Positions 1 to 7,306 of a stretch of 32,000 nt of DNA are shown in pieces. The DNA lies in assembly GCF_040549045.1 (NCBI RefSeq), contig NZ_JBEWTB010000002.1, positions 4,790,462 through 4,822,461 on the forward strand. The letters run 5' to 3'. Made by a program: the position numbers and the translations under genes. Under the pieces are notes generated by a model. The model was not told where the DNA came from, did no database searches, and worked only from the letters and a program-made list of their open reading frames with translations. Each line of letters opens with the position of its first letter. Positions within the stretch are counted from its first letter, which is position 1. Source of the DNA: Endozoicomonas lisbonensis. Its GTDB lineage: Bacteria; Pseudomonadota; Gammaproteobacteria; Pseudomonadales; Endozoicomonadaceae.

Positions 1-13
1 AGAAAGAACAGCA

Positions 14-634
14 TCAGACTTTCTTCTGCCAGTTCGCTGTCCACCATCCCAGACATAGTGCAGTCAGCCAGGCTGCAGCAGGAATCAGTAACACAGGAAC
101 GGGCAGGGGGATAATGATCAAATACAGGAATAGACCAGGAATCCATTTTGATGCCCTTCGGCTCCAGAGGTTTTGCAGGGGGCTGGTGTAATGAAAATCG
201 TGATAGCGGATTTTTCGGATTAACAGGCCATCGATAATGGCAGCAATAAACATCACGCCCCAGAAGGGCAGACAGGCCAGCAATACTGAAACCCGATAGA
301 ACAGCTGTTGCATCAGGCTCAGAAAGTTCTTAACTACACCCTGAAAGAACTCGATCACTTTTGCCAGACCTTCTCCCATTTTTCTGTCTGGAGTTGTGCG
401 CTCTATAAGAAAGCGCTGAATACCAGATTTCACAATGGTTGTTGCAAATAGGTGGTTCCCAGTTCGCATAATCCAGACTGCATTGTCCTGTCCCAGTCTT
501 CGGGCATATTGCTGTTGTTCTTTTTGCAGGTACTGATTCATGCTTTGTCCGGAAATCGCCAGCCAGAGCAATATCAGGCCAAGCCCAAAGCACCAGATAG
601 TCAAAGGACTGACTTGTTTTTGAGAATGTGTCAT
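14..634 (-). CDS. Polytopic inner-membrane protein encoded immediately downstream of traD (position of s043 in SXT; possibly the ICE membrane-protein family TIGR03747)
   Basis: 206-aa ORF starting 21 nt after the traD stop. It has several hydrophobic helices (LTIWCFGLGLILLWLAISG, VLLACLPFWGVMFIAAIIDGLLI, GLFLYLIIIPLPVPVLLIPAAAWLTALCLGWW). The family call comes from position and topology only. Confidence 0.55.
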   Translation of the reverse strand: MTHSQKQVSPLTIWCFGLGLILLWLAISGQSMNQYLQKEQQQYARRLGQDNAVWIMRTGNHLFATTIVKSGIQRFLIERTTPDRKMGEGLAKVIEFFQGVVKNFLSLMQQLFYRVSVLLACLPFWGVMFIAAIIDGLLIRKIRYHDFHYTSPLQNLWSRRASKWIPGLFLYLIIIPLPVPVLLIPAAAWLTALCLGWWTANWQKKV

Positions 635-655
635 ATGAGAGATGGAATCGAATTA

Positions 656-2491
656 TCAGGATTTTGGAGCACAGAGAATCGGAATTCTGCCTTTCAATAA
701 ACGTCCGCCGCCCAGTCGGGCTACGTATTCCAGGTTGGGCAGCTCGCCCAGTAGTTGTGGTGGGAACAGGTCTCCGGTTTCTTCCAGTTGTTGCTCGCTG
801 AGGTTGCCGGTAAATTCCATGGGATGGTTGGCATCCGTGCTGATGCCCTGATTGCGGATAAAGTAGCGATAGCGAACCGGTGGCAGTTTATCTGTAATGA
901 ATTTCTGGGTATCGGGGTTCTGTGTTCTTAGGCAGATAAGGTGATTACAGTTGTCGATGAACTGTTGGGCAGCAGCTTCCGAACCTAACTGAGCTTCAAA
1001 ATCAGCCAGAGTCTGGGTGGCGACGTATAACCGGAATTTTGCCCCCCGACCTTTGTTCAGCAGGGACAGCAGTTGAGGGCAAAGTACTTCAGCGGCTTCA
1101 TCTACGAACAGGTTGATAGGTTTGTCATTCTGTTGTGAGTCTTTCGATGAATAGTTGTAACGATCACCGGCGACAGCGGCCAGATCAGCCAGTAACAGCT
1201 GACCAATGGCTTTTCCCACCATGGGATCAGACAAGGAGTCGAGCCCGAAATACATCACCTTGTTTTGTTCGATCAGATTCGCTGTGTCTGTGCAGGGGCG
1301 CAGATCGTCAATATCGGTAGGGTCAGGTGATAATAAGCGAGCCAGTGGACCGCCAGTCAGCATTCCGAGAGCAGGCAGTAAGGTGGCAATCATTTTGCTG
1401 TAATGCGCCCGGTCATGTTCAAACAAGGAGATCAGACCTTCTACATCTGTGCATGGGGATTCTGGCATCATCTTCTCCCGATAGAATTCTATCCAGCGTC
1501 GTGCAACAGCCTCGGTGTTACTTTTACCCTTCGCCTCTTTTCCCTGGGCAGTATTTGGAGCCTGGGTATTATGACGGGTACAAACAATAGTGAGCGCTTT
1601 GATCAGTAGTTTGGTTACTCCTCCTTCTAATCCCTGTCGAATCATCACCAGAGTGGGACGCTGCCCACAAAGCAAATAGCCCTGAACCACCGCATCTACG
1701 GCTTTCTGGGCAAATGCCTGAAAGGGCGCATTATCACCACCAGATGGCATTAACCCTGAAATCCGACTGGCCAGTTCACTGGAACGGTTAAAATTTTGAA
1801 GCAGGTTGATTCGGATAGAATCTGCAGGAAAGCCCGGATGAAACTTCATGAACCGGTATTTATTGCCTGATAGCTCGCAGCTTCTGAGAGTGTGGCTGGC
1901 AAGGTCATGGTCGCCTTTGGGGTCGATGATGATCACTGGTTCATTTCGTAAAACAGCTTGTGTCACCAATAAATCAAATAGTCGGGTTTTGCCACTACCA
2001 GGGACACCAATAACCATAGTGTGCATTTGAATCTGTTCAAGGGGCTGGTATAACCGTTCTTCATGCTCCTCCATACCATGAATCCAACCTGCACCCATGG
2101 TTTTTTCTGATTTGGCGGGGAGGTTATCACTGCGTAATAAATCCCACGCCCGTTGTCCATGAAGCCGTTGCCACTCAAAACCCCAGCCTAACCAGACTCC
2201 CTGTTCCTGATTCTTTGTTTGCAGCGATTGGCATTGCTTCCGGGTTAGCTTGAGAAGAGCGAGCTTTTTGCCTTTTAATCGCCGGTGTTGCTGCCATCTT
2301 GGTATAGCCTGTGCCAGACGGGTAATCGTCATGGCAGCACAGAAAGAAGACGTCAGAATAAAACCAATCGGTGGTAGTGAGCTGAAAAACGACAGTGTGT
2401 GAGCGACGTTCATAGCTGAAAACCAGACAACAGCGGAACTCAGCTCATAAACAGGTCGCCAATTTTGCAGATAAGGGCGATCACTGATCAT
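656..2491 (-). CDS. traD: Type IV coupling protein TraD (VirD4-like ATPase)
   Basis: Walker A VIGVPGSGKTRLFDL and Walker B INLFVDEAAEVL, with N-terminal TM segments. The ORF track extends to 2782, but that part overlaps the upstream gene by about 300 nt. The ATG at 2491 overlaps the upstream stop (ATGATCAGTGA), giving 611 aa. ATG 2518 is an alternative start. Confidence 0.9.
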   Translation of the reverse strand: MISDRPYLQNWRPVYELSSAVVWFSAMNVAHTLSFFSSLPPIGFILTSSFCAAMTITRLAQAIPRWQQHRRLKGKKLALLKLTRKQCQSLQTKNQEQGVWLGWGFEWQRLHGQRAWDLLRSDNLPAKSEKTMGAGWIHGMEEHEERLYQPLEQIQMHTMVIGVPGSGKTRLFDLLVTQAVLRNEPVIIIDPKGDHDLASHTLRSCELSGNKYRFMKFHPGFPADSIRINLLQNFNRSSELASRISGLMPSGGDNAPFQAFAQKAVDAVVQGYLLCGQRPTLVMIRQGLEGGVTKLLIKALTIVCTRHNTQAPNTAQGKEAKGKSNTEAVARRWIEFYREKMMPESPCTDVEGLISLFEHDRAHYSKMIATLLPALGMLTGGPLARLLSPDPTDIDDLRPCTDTANLIEQNKVMYFGLDSLSDPMVGKAIGQLLLADLAAVAGDRYNYSSKDSQQNDKPINLFVDEAAEVLCPQLLSLLNKGRGAKFRLYVATQTLADFEAQLGSEAAAQQFIDNCNHLICLRTQNPDTQKFITDKLPPVRYRYFIRNQGISTDANHPMEFTGNLSEQQLEETGDLFPPQLLGELPNLEYVARLGGGRLLKGRIPILCAPKS

Positions 2492-3716
2492 GCTGCTCTC
2501 CTGCACTCTCTTCTGCATATTCTTCTGCAAAAGAGCCTGATGGCAGCCATTGTTTGCATTGTTGGGAAATGGCGGGCTGTAGCGCAATAAACAAACGGCT
2601 GTTACGACGAAAAATGATTTTATTTCCGAAAGGAACGATCCAACCTCTCTGGTTCCACTGTTTAAGCAAAATATCCGGTTCTGGTAGTTCATCGGATTCC
2701 ACAGAATCAGGCCAGGGCAACAGAAGGCTGTCTTTCGCCCACTTGATAACTTCACTGTGGAGGTTGGATATAGCCTGCTCAAGCCACTTCAGTTCATCAT
2801 CCTTTCCAGCTTCTGGCTGACCATCCGATTTTGCCGGCTTCATAATCTGGTTAAGGGCTTCTCCACGAACAAAATGCAGTTTGACGCTTTTCAGGCGAGC
2901 CAGCTCAACAGCATTGATGATTTGTGATACGCCATGGCCATTTTTTTGCCCGGTCAGCGCACTGACAAAGGTTTGCCAGAGAGTGCCATTATCTCCATCC
3001 GGTTGCAGGAGATTACGAAATGCCTGTGGAGTAAGCTGCGGTAACAGCAGTAGATTGATGGCGGTATATTCTGGCGTTAATGGTTTCTCAGGATTGGTAT
3101 CACACTGCTTCCAGTGAGGTGCGTAGTTTGTAATACGATGCTGTTGCAACCAGCTTCCAAGAGGCTGCTGGAAAGCTGGCCACTGTTCTGGTGAAAGCTC
3201 TCCTGCTTGCTCACTTGATTGCTGTTGAACCATAAGACAGGTCGTCATTCGCCCACTGTCATATAAAAGCCCAGCGACGCCTGCCATTAATCGCCAGAGT
3301 GGTTCCCTCGCTCTGCGCTGATCCGGATACAAATCATGATCTCTGTGAATCTGTTGCATAGCCGTGACAGACCAGAAAGCGGTTTCCAGTGCATGGCGAA
3401 TTGCTCCAGATGGCTCGCAATGGTGCTGAGGATGAGCAGGTAGAAGATGCAGCCAGTGGGTGAGATTATCCAGTGTCTGGTCAAACAAGAGCTGTAGTTC
3501 TGTTGGCAGATTCAGCTGCTCATTCACCTGTTCCACTAGCTTCTGTTGCTGGTGAAGGATGGTTCCGGTGCCTACCTGATATCCGGCGCAGCCTGAACTG
3601 GATTTTATGGACTGTTCTTGTTCTTGGGCATCATTGGGCAATAGAGCTGTTTCATTGTCAGCATGATGCGGATGCAGCCAGTGATTAATAATCGATAAAG
3701 CTTGTGAAGTCGTCAT
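2481..3716 (-). CDS. traI: MOBH-type TraI-like relaxase candidate (TraI_2 / TraI_2_C-like), short form
   Basis: LLPAHPQHHCEPSGAIRHALET resembles the recalled MOBH TraI_2 signature (llPAS..HHa..GGLl.HtLEv). GLLYDSGR sits where the HD-domain LLHDxGK is expected. The gene lies directly upstream of traD, as in SXT (traI-traD-s043). It is only 411 aa. Confidence 0.5.
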   Translation of the reverse strand: MTTSQALSIINHWLHPHHADNETALLPNDAQEQEQSIKSSSGCAGYQVGTGTILHQQQKLVEQVNEQLNLPTELQLLFDQTLDNLTHWLHLLPAHPQHHCEPSGAIRHALETAFWSVTAMQQIHRDHDLYPDQRRAREPLWRLMAGVAGLLYDSGRMTTCLMVQQQSSEQAGELSPEQWPAFQQPLGSWLQQHRITNYAPHWKQCDTNPEKPLTPEYTAINLLLLPQLTPQAFRNLLQPDGDNGTLWQTFVSALTGQKNGHGVSQIINAVELARLKSVKLHFVRGEALNQIMKPAKSDGQPEAGKDDELKWLEQAISNLHSEVIKWAKDSLLLPWPDSVESDELPEPDILLKQWNQRGWIVPFGNKIIFRRNSRLFIALQPAISQQCKQWLPSGSFAEEYAEESAGEQHDQ

Positions 3717-3718
3717 CG

Positions 3719-4078
3719 CTAAAGCCCGAAAATGGAATTAATAATGGTGGGCGTGACCTGCAATCCAACAGCGGCACCGACCCCGGTGGCAAAGCCGATC
3801 AGCGAGTTGCGAGCCATACCGTAAGCCAGCCCGATCAGGACGAAAGAGATCGACAGTGTTCGACCCAGGTCTCCCTTGATCCAGCCCACCAAACGACCAT
3901 AAATTTCTGCAAAATCACTGGAGCCTGTCGCATTGACAGGATTGGCCGCCTGCAACTCAGGAGGTAATAAAGAAAAAATGATCAGCGTTGCCAGTGACAG
4001 CATCACTTGCTGCTGTTTCACTATGCAGGGGTGTCTCTCAGAAAGGGGTAGAAGTACATGCATGGTCAATGACTCCAT
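3719..4078 (-). CDS. traA: F-like propilin / small conjugative membrane protein (TraA position)
   Basis: 119 aa with a long leader ending ELQA/ANP. Two hydrophobic helices follow (LSISFVLIGLAYGMA, IGFATGVGAAVGLQV). The gene follows traV with a TAATG overlap, completing the traLEKBVA order. Confidence 0.55.
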   Translation of the reverse strand: MESLTMHVLLPLSERHPCIVKQQQVMLSLATLIIFSLLPPELQAANPVNATGSSDFAEIYGRLVGWIKGDLGRTLSISFVLIGLAYGMARNSLIGFATGVGAAVGLQVTPTIINSIFGL

Positions 4079-4473
4079 TAGTCATCAGAAGGTGAATAGA
4101 CGGGAATGGCAGACTGCCAGTCTCTTGGAGCGATATCCGTCATGACGATTCCGCCGCTGTGCCAGTTACCCTGTTTATCAACCCAGGGGGCGATCCAGAT
4201 TCTCAGGATTTGAGCGGGTGTGCGGTTCGGCACCGCTTCGGGAGTTACAATATGAAGGTTGGGTTCTGGATAGCTTTTGGGAGAAGTGGGGAGGAGGTCT
4301 TCAGAAGGCAGTGAATCAGAATCCTGATAAACTTGTCTTGCCGATTTACATACGCCCTTACCGGGTTCCGGGCAGGCATACTCAGCTTCTCCAACGCCGA
4401 ATAATGAACAGCCCTGAATAATAGGTACGAGCGAAACTATCAGAAGCAATGCCCTGGTATCGTGTTTAAACAT
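4078..4473 (-). CDS. traV: Outer-membrane lipoprotein TraV
   Basis: Signal peptide with lipobox IIQGC. The Cys-containing motif YACPEPGKGVCKSARQVY is typical of TraV. Size (131 aa) and position after traB also fit. Confidence 0.7.
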   Translation of the reverse strand: MFKHDTRALLLIVSLVPIIQGCSLFGVGEAEYACPEPGKGVCKSARQVYQDSDSLPSEDLLPTSPKSYPEPNLHIVTPEAVPNRTPAQILRIWIAPWVDKQGNWHSGGIVMTDIAPRDWQSAIPVYSPSDD

Positions 4474-4494
4474 GGGGGGGAAAGTCTCGAAAGA

Positions 4495-5664
4495 TTAGTT
4501 TTTAAGACCACGGGTTAGAATAAGGTCTACCTTGCGCTCGGCGCTGATTTCAATGACTGGCACCATCTGGTCAGCCAGCTTCAGGTAAAAGTCAGCCAGT
4601 TTTTCCAATGCTTTGTTGCTGCCCTTAATCAGTGAGCTTTGCAGGGCTTCGCTGCCTTTTAACCCAGATTGAAAAGGCGATTGGATTTGACCATTCTGGT
4701 TGGGTACCACTGAAAAGACTGGAACGGGTTTGATATCGAATGCTTCACTGACACCGCTGAGAAATCCTGCCATAGCCGCCTTGGCCATCACTTGCCCCTG
4801 TTTGCTGACCAGCCTGCCTCGTAAACCGGCCTTGCCGTCCTCTCCAGCGATATAACCCTCTAAAGGTCGTTCAATCACTTGTTCTTTACTGTTGTGTTTG
4901 AAGATGCACGACAGGGTTTCACTGCGAAGATAAGCCCGTTCGGAACTCAGGTCGCCATAACCGGAAGCCAGCACAAAGCATTCTCTGACATTGGTTCGAT
5001 AGCGGTTGGGCAAAATTGCTGAGGCTTTTATACGAATAAGTACAGGGTAAGGTTCACGTCTTGCCCCTTGTCCTGTGGGAACATCCAGGCCGGTGATTAG
5101 CTGACCGGATAACAAACTGCCAGCGGGTAGGCGTAAGAGCTTTGGTTTATCTTCAGGCTTGGAATCCAGTGCCACCGCCTGAGGATATGTAGCTCCCAAT
5201 ACCCGGATAGGTCTGGGTGGTTGGGGAGGTGCATCATAGTAACCGGGCTCATTGTAATTGGTCGCTGGTGATTGGCTGTACTGGTTCCATTGCAAAACAT
5301 CAGGAGTCTGCTGTGGAGTTGAAGGTTCAGGGACAGAAAAGGTGTTTTGATCAGGTTGCTCTGGCTGATTTAGCAGTCGGATTTCCTGTTGCAACCTCTC
5401 CATTTCCTGCTGGTGCTCTTCGTGCAAAGCTTTCTGTTGATGATGGATACGTTCCAGATCAGCACTGATTCGGTTCAGTGTTAACTCTTTTGGGGGGATG
5501 CCGGTAAAGTCAACGGATGAAGTGGTTTGCTCTGGTGCTTTGGTCACGTCTGAATCCTGCCGTTTACTGGTGACAAAAATCAGAGCAACCAGAATGATTG
5601 CCGTGCCAAGCACAATGGTATAGCGTTTTACTCTTGGCGTCAGGTAATGGTTGAGAGTATTCAT
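4495..5664 (-). CDS. traB: TraB (VirB10-like core complex protein)
   Basis: 389 aa with an N-terminal TM helix (IVLGTAIILVALIFV). A coiled-coil (HQQKALHEEHQQEMERLQQEIRLL) and a Pro/Gln-rich linker follow, then a C-terminal beta-rich domain. Gene order K-B-V. Confidence 0.75.
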   Translation of the reverse strand: MNTLNHYLTPRVKRYTIVLGTAIILVALIFVTSKRQDSDVTKAPEQTTSSVDFTGIPPKELTLNRISADLERIHHQQKALHEEHQQEMERLQQEIRLLNQPEQPDQNTFSVPEPSTPQQTPDVLQWNQYSQSPATNYNEPGYYDAPPQPPRPIRVLGATYPQAVALDSKPEDKPKLLRLPAGSLLSGQLITGLDVPTGQGARREPYPVLIRIKASAILPNRYRTNVRECFVLASGYGDLSSERAYLRSETLSCIFKHNSKEQVIERPLEGYIAGEDGKAGLRGRLVSKQGQVMAKAAMAGFLSGVSEAFDIKPVPVFSVVPNQNGQIQSPFQSGLKGSEALQSSLIKGSNKALEKLADFYLKLADQMVPVIEISAERKVDLILTRGLKN

Positions 5665-5674
5665 TGGTTTATTT

Positions 5675-6442
5675 TTAATAGGTCAGCAGGGAAGGGCGTA
5701 CCACAGGTGCTGATTCCTGATCGGGCGTATTCAGCAGAATAAACAGTTCTCTGCGCTGGCCGGGATGTAGAGTGTTTTTCGGCCACATGGCGACAGCGGT
5801 GGTATGGCTGCCCTGACAGTTTTTCTCATGGAAAGTAAGAGGCTTTTCGGTAGCGTTCCTGGCTGTCCCAACCAGAACCCTGAAATAATGCCCCTGGACG
5901 ACCTGCCCCTTGGAGAAATCAAATGTCAGACCGTCTTGCTGACAATGCCGAATATCGGCTTTATAAAATTTTTCCAGTTCATACCCTTCTGGCACTTGCC
6001 CTTTAACAAGCATGGACAGCAGTTCAGTAATGCTCTGCTGATAGTCTCCGGCTTCCTCAAAGCGTTTGGCTGCTTCTTTATTCCTATTCATTTTCTGTTG
6101 CCATTGTTTTGATAATGAAAGCTGGATTTCTTTGGGAGGGACATCAAGTAGCGTGACCAGCAAAGAGAGTGCATGAGCTTCACTATCATGGGGTGTGATA
6201 TATACGACAAAGGGCTCTTCTTGTTGGGAAGAGAGATAAATCACTGAACCTTCAATACGGATATCAGCCTGATCAATTGTTCGAATCTGAGGCGCAGAAA
6301 AGGGCGTGACAATCCGGTTTAAGTGCAGACGACTGAGCGTGACCGGTTGTTGCTGACCTGGGGAAACTTTTAATTTCACAGGGGCCGCCGCCAGAGTGAA
6401 TGAGCAATACAGGCACACAACAACAGCAAAGGCTTTGTTCAT
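5675..6442 (-). CDS. traK: TraK (secretin-like / VirB9-like periplasmic protein)
   Basis: 255 aa with signal peptide MNKAFAVVVCLYCSFTLAAA. It carries a TraK-like LNRIVTPF motif and sits between traE and traB. Confidence 0.7.
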   Translation of the reverse strand: MNKAFAVVVCLYCSFTLAAAPVKLKVSPGQQQPVTLSRLHLNRIVTPFSAPQIRTIDQADIRIEGSVIYLSSQQEEPFVVYITPHDSEAHALSLLVTLLDVPPKEIQLSLSKQWQQKMNRNKEAAKRFEEAGDYQQSITELLSMLVKGQVPEGYELEKFYKADIRHCQQDGLTFDFSKGQVVQGHYFRVLVGTARNATEKPLTFHEKNCQGSHTTAVAMWPKNTLHPGQRRELFILLNTPDQESAPVVRPSLLTY

Positions 6443-6469
6443 AACGGATTCTCTGAAAGAAGAGGAGGG

Positions 6470-7024
6470 TTATTTCAAGTCAGATTCAATCTGGATGGCA
6501 GCAAGCACAGGTCGATAACGAATCAGGTTGAACTGAAAGGTAAATGTTTTCTGCCCCGACAGACGTTGATGGCCGGACGATAGAGCACTGTTACCTGTCA
6601 CTCTGACCTCACGGATGGTTTCATCAAATTCAATCTGCGATGGCTCAAAGCTCAGGGAAACCTGATCTTCTCGTAACTGTTGGAACTGTTGATTCAGTGT
6701 TTCATGTACTTGTTGATACAGATTGGGCGACAGCAAACTTTGCAGCCTGGCTTCCAAAAACGACAGATTCTGTGGATTGAGGTTTCCCAGCAGTTCAGCC
6801 AGTGAAAGCCCCCACCACTCGTAATAGATCTGAGAAGCTTCACCGGATTGAATACCGATCTGCCTATCCATAAACGGCAGGCTCAACTCAACAGCCGGTT
6901 TGCGGTTCAGGCAGTGGATCAGCAACAGTACATTGCTCAGCACCAATACCAACAGAATCAGCCTGTCAACACACAGCTGTTGTCGCCATTGTTTCAGGCG
7001 TTGCAGATAATCTTGAATGGTCAT
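6470..7024 (-). CDS. traE: TraE (VirB5/8-like bitopic pilus assembly protein)
   Basis: The start ATG at 7024 overlaps the traL stop (ATGA). It has a single N-terminal TM helix (LILLVLVLSNVLLLIHCL). At 184 aa it is placed between traL and traK. The upstream part of the tracked ORF (to 7099) overlaps traL and is discounted. Confidence 0.7.
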   Translation of the reverse strand: MTIQDYLQRLKQWRQQLCVDRLILLVLVLSNVLLLIHCLNRKPAVELSLPFMDRQIGIQSGEASQIYYEWWGLSLAELLGNLNPQNLSFLEARLQSLLSPNLYQQVHETLNQQFQQLREDQVSLSFEPSQIEFDETIREVRVTGNSALSSGHQRLSGQKTFTFQFNLIRYRPVLAAIQIESDLK

Positions 7025-7302
7025 TTTCGGGAAGGGTAAAAGACCCGGACATAAGGGTTGGGTAAGGTTCTGGCTTTCACAAAATAAAAGCCCAGCCAAT
7101 AAAGTCGGTGACTTAGATGCCCGTCAGGATGACGATCCCGGAACCGGCGATAAACACGAATCGCCATCCAGCCAAGAAACATGCCAAGCAACAGCTGGTC
7201 AAACCAGATACCCCAGATCAGACCAACGGCTACCGGGTAGATTTCATCCAGTGACCAGAACAGGAACTGGACTGGGTCGTTGATGGTGCGCGGAATTTCC
7301 AC
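7021..7302 (-). CDS. traL: TraL (VirB3-like small membrane protein)
   Basis: 93 aa. The sequence INDPVQFLFWSLDEIYPVAVGLIWG ... GHLSHRLYWLGF matches the recalled TraL pattern (ld.P..f..wt.DE ... g.l.h.lYW.G). Confidence 0.75.
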   Translation of the reverse strand: MEIPRTINDPVQFLFWSLDEIYPVAVGLIWGIWFDQLLLGMFLGWMAIRVYRRFRDRHPDGHLSHRLYWLGFYFVKARTLPNPYVRVFYPSRK

Positions 7303-7306
7303 TGAC

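Noticed and set aside
330-2178. Numerous 60-90 aa ORFs nested in or antisense to traD and the membrane-protein gene (e.g. 330-593, 452-700, 1135-1320, 1963-2178)
   Set aside because: All are contained within strongly supported longer genes and have no independent start signals or motifs.
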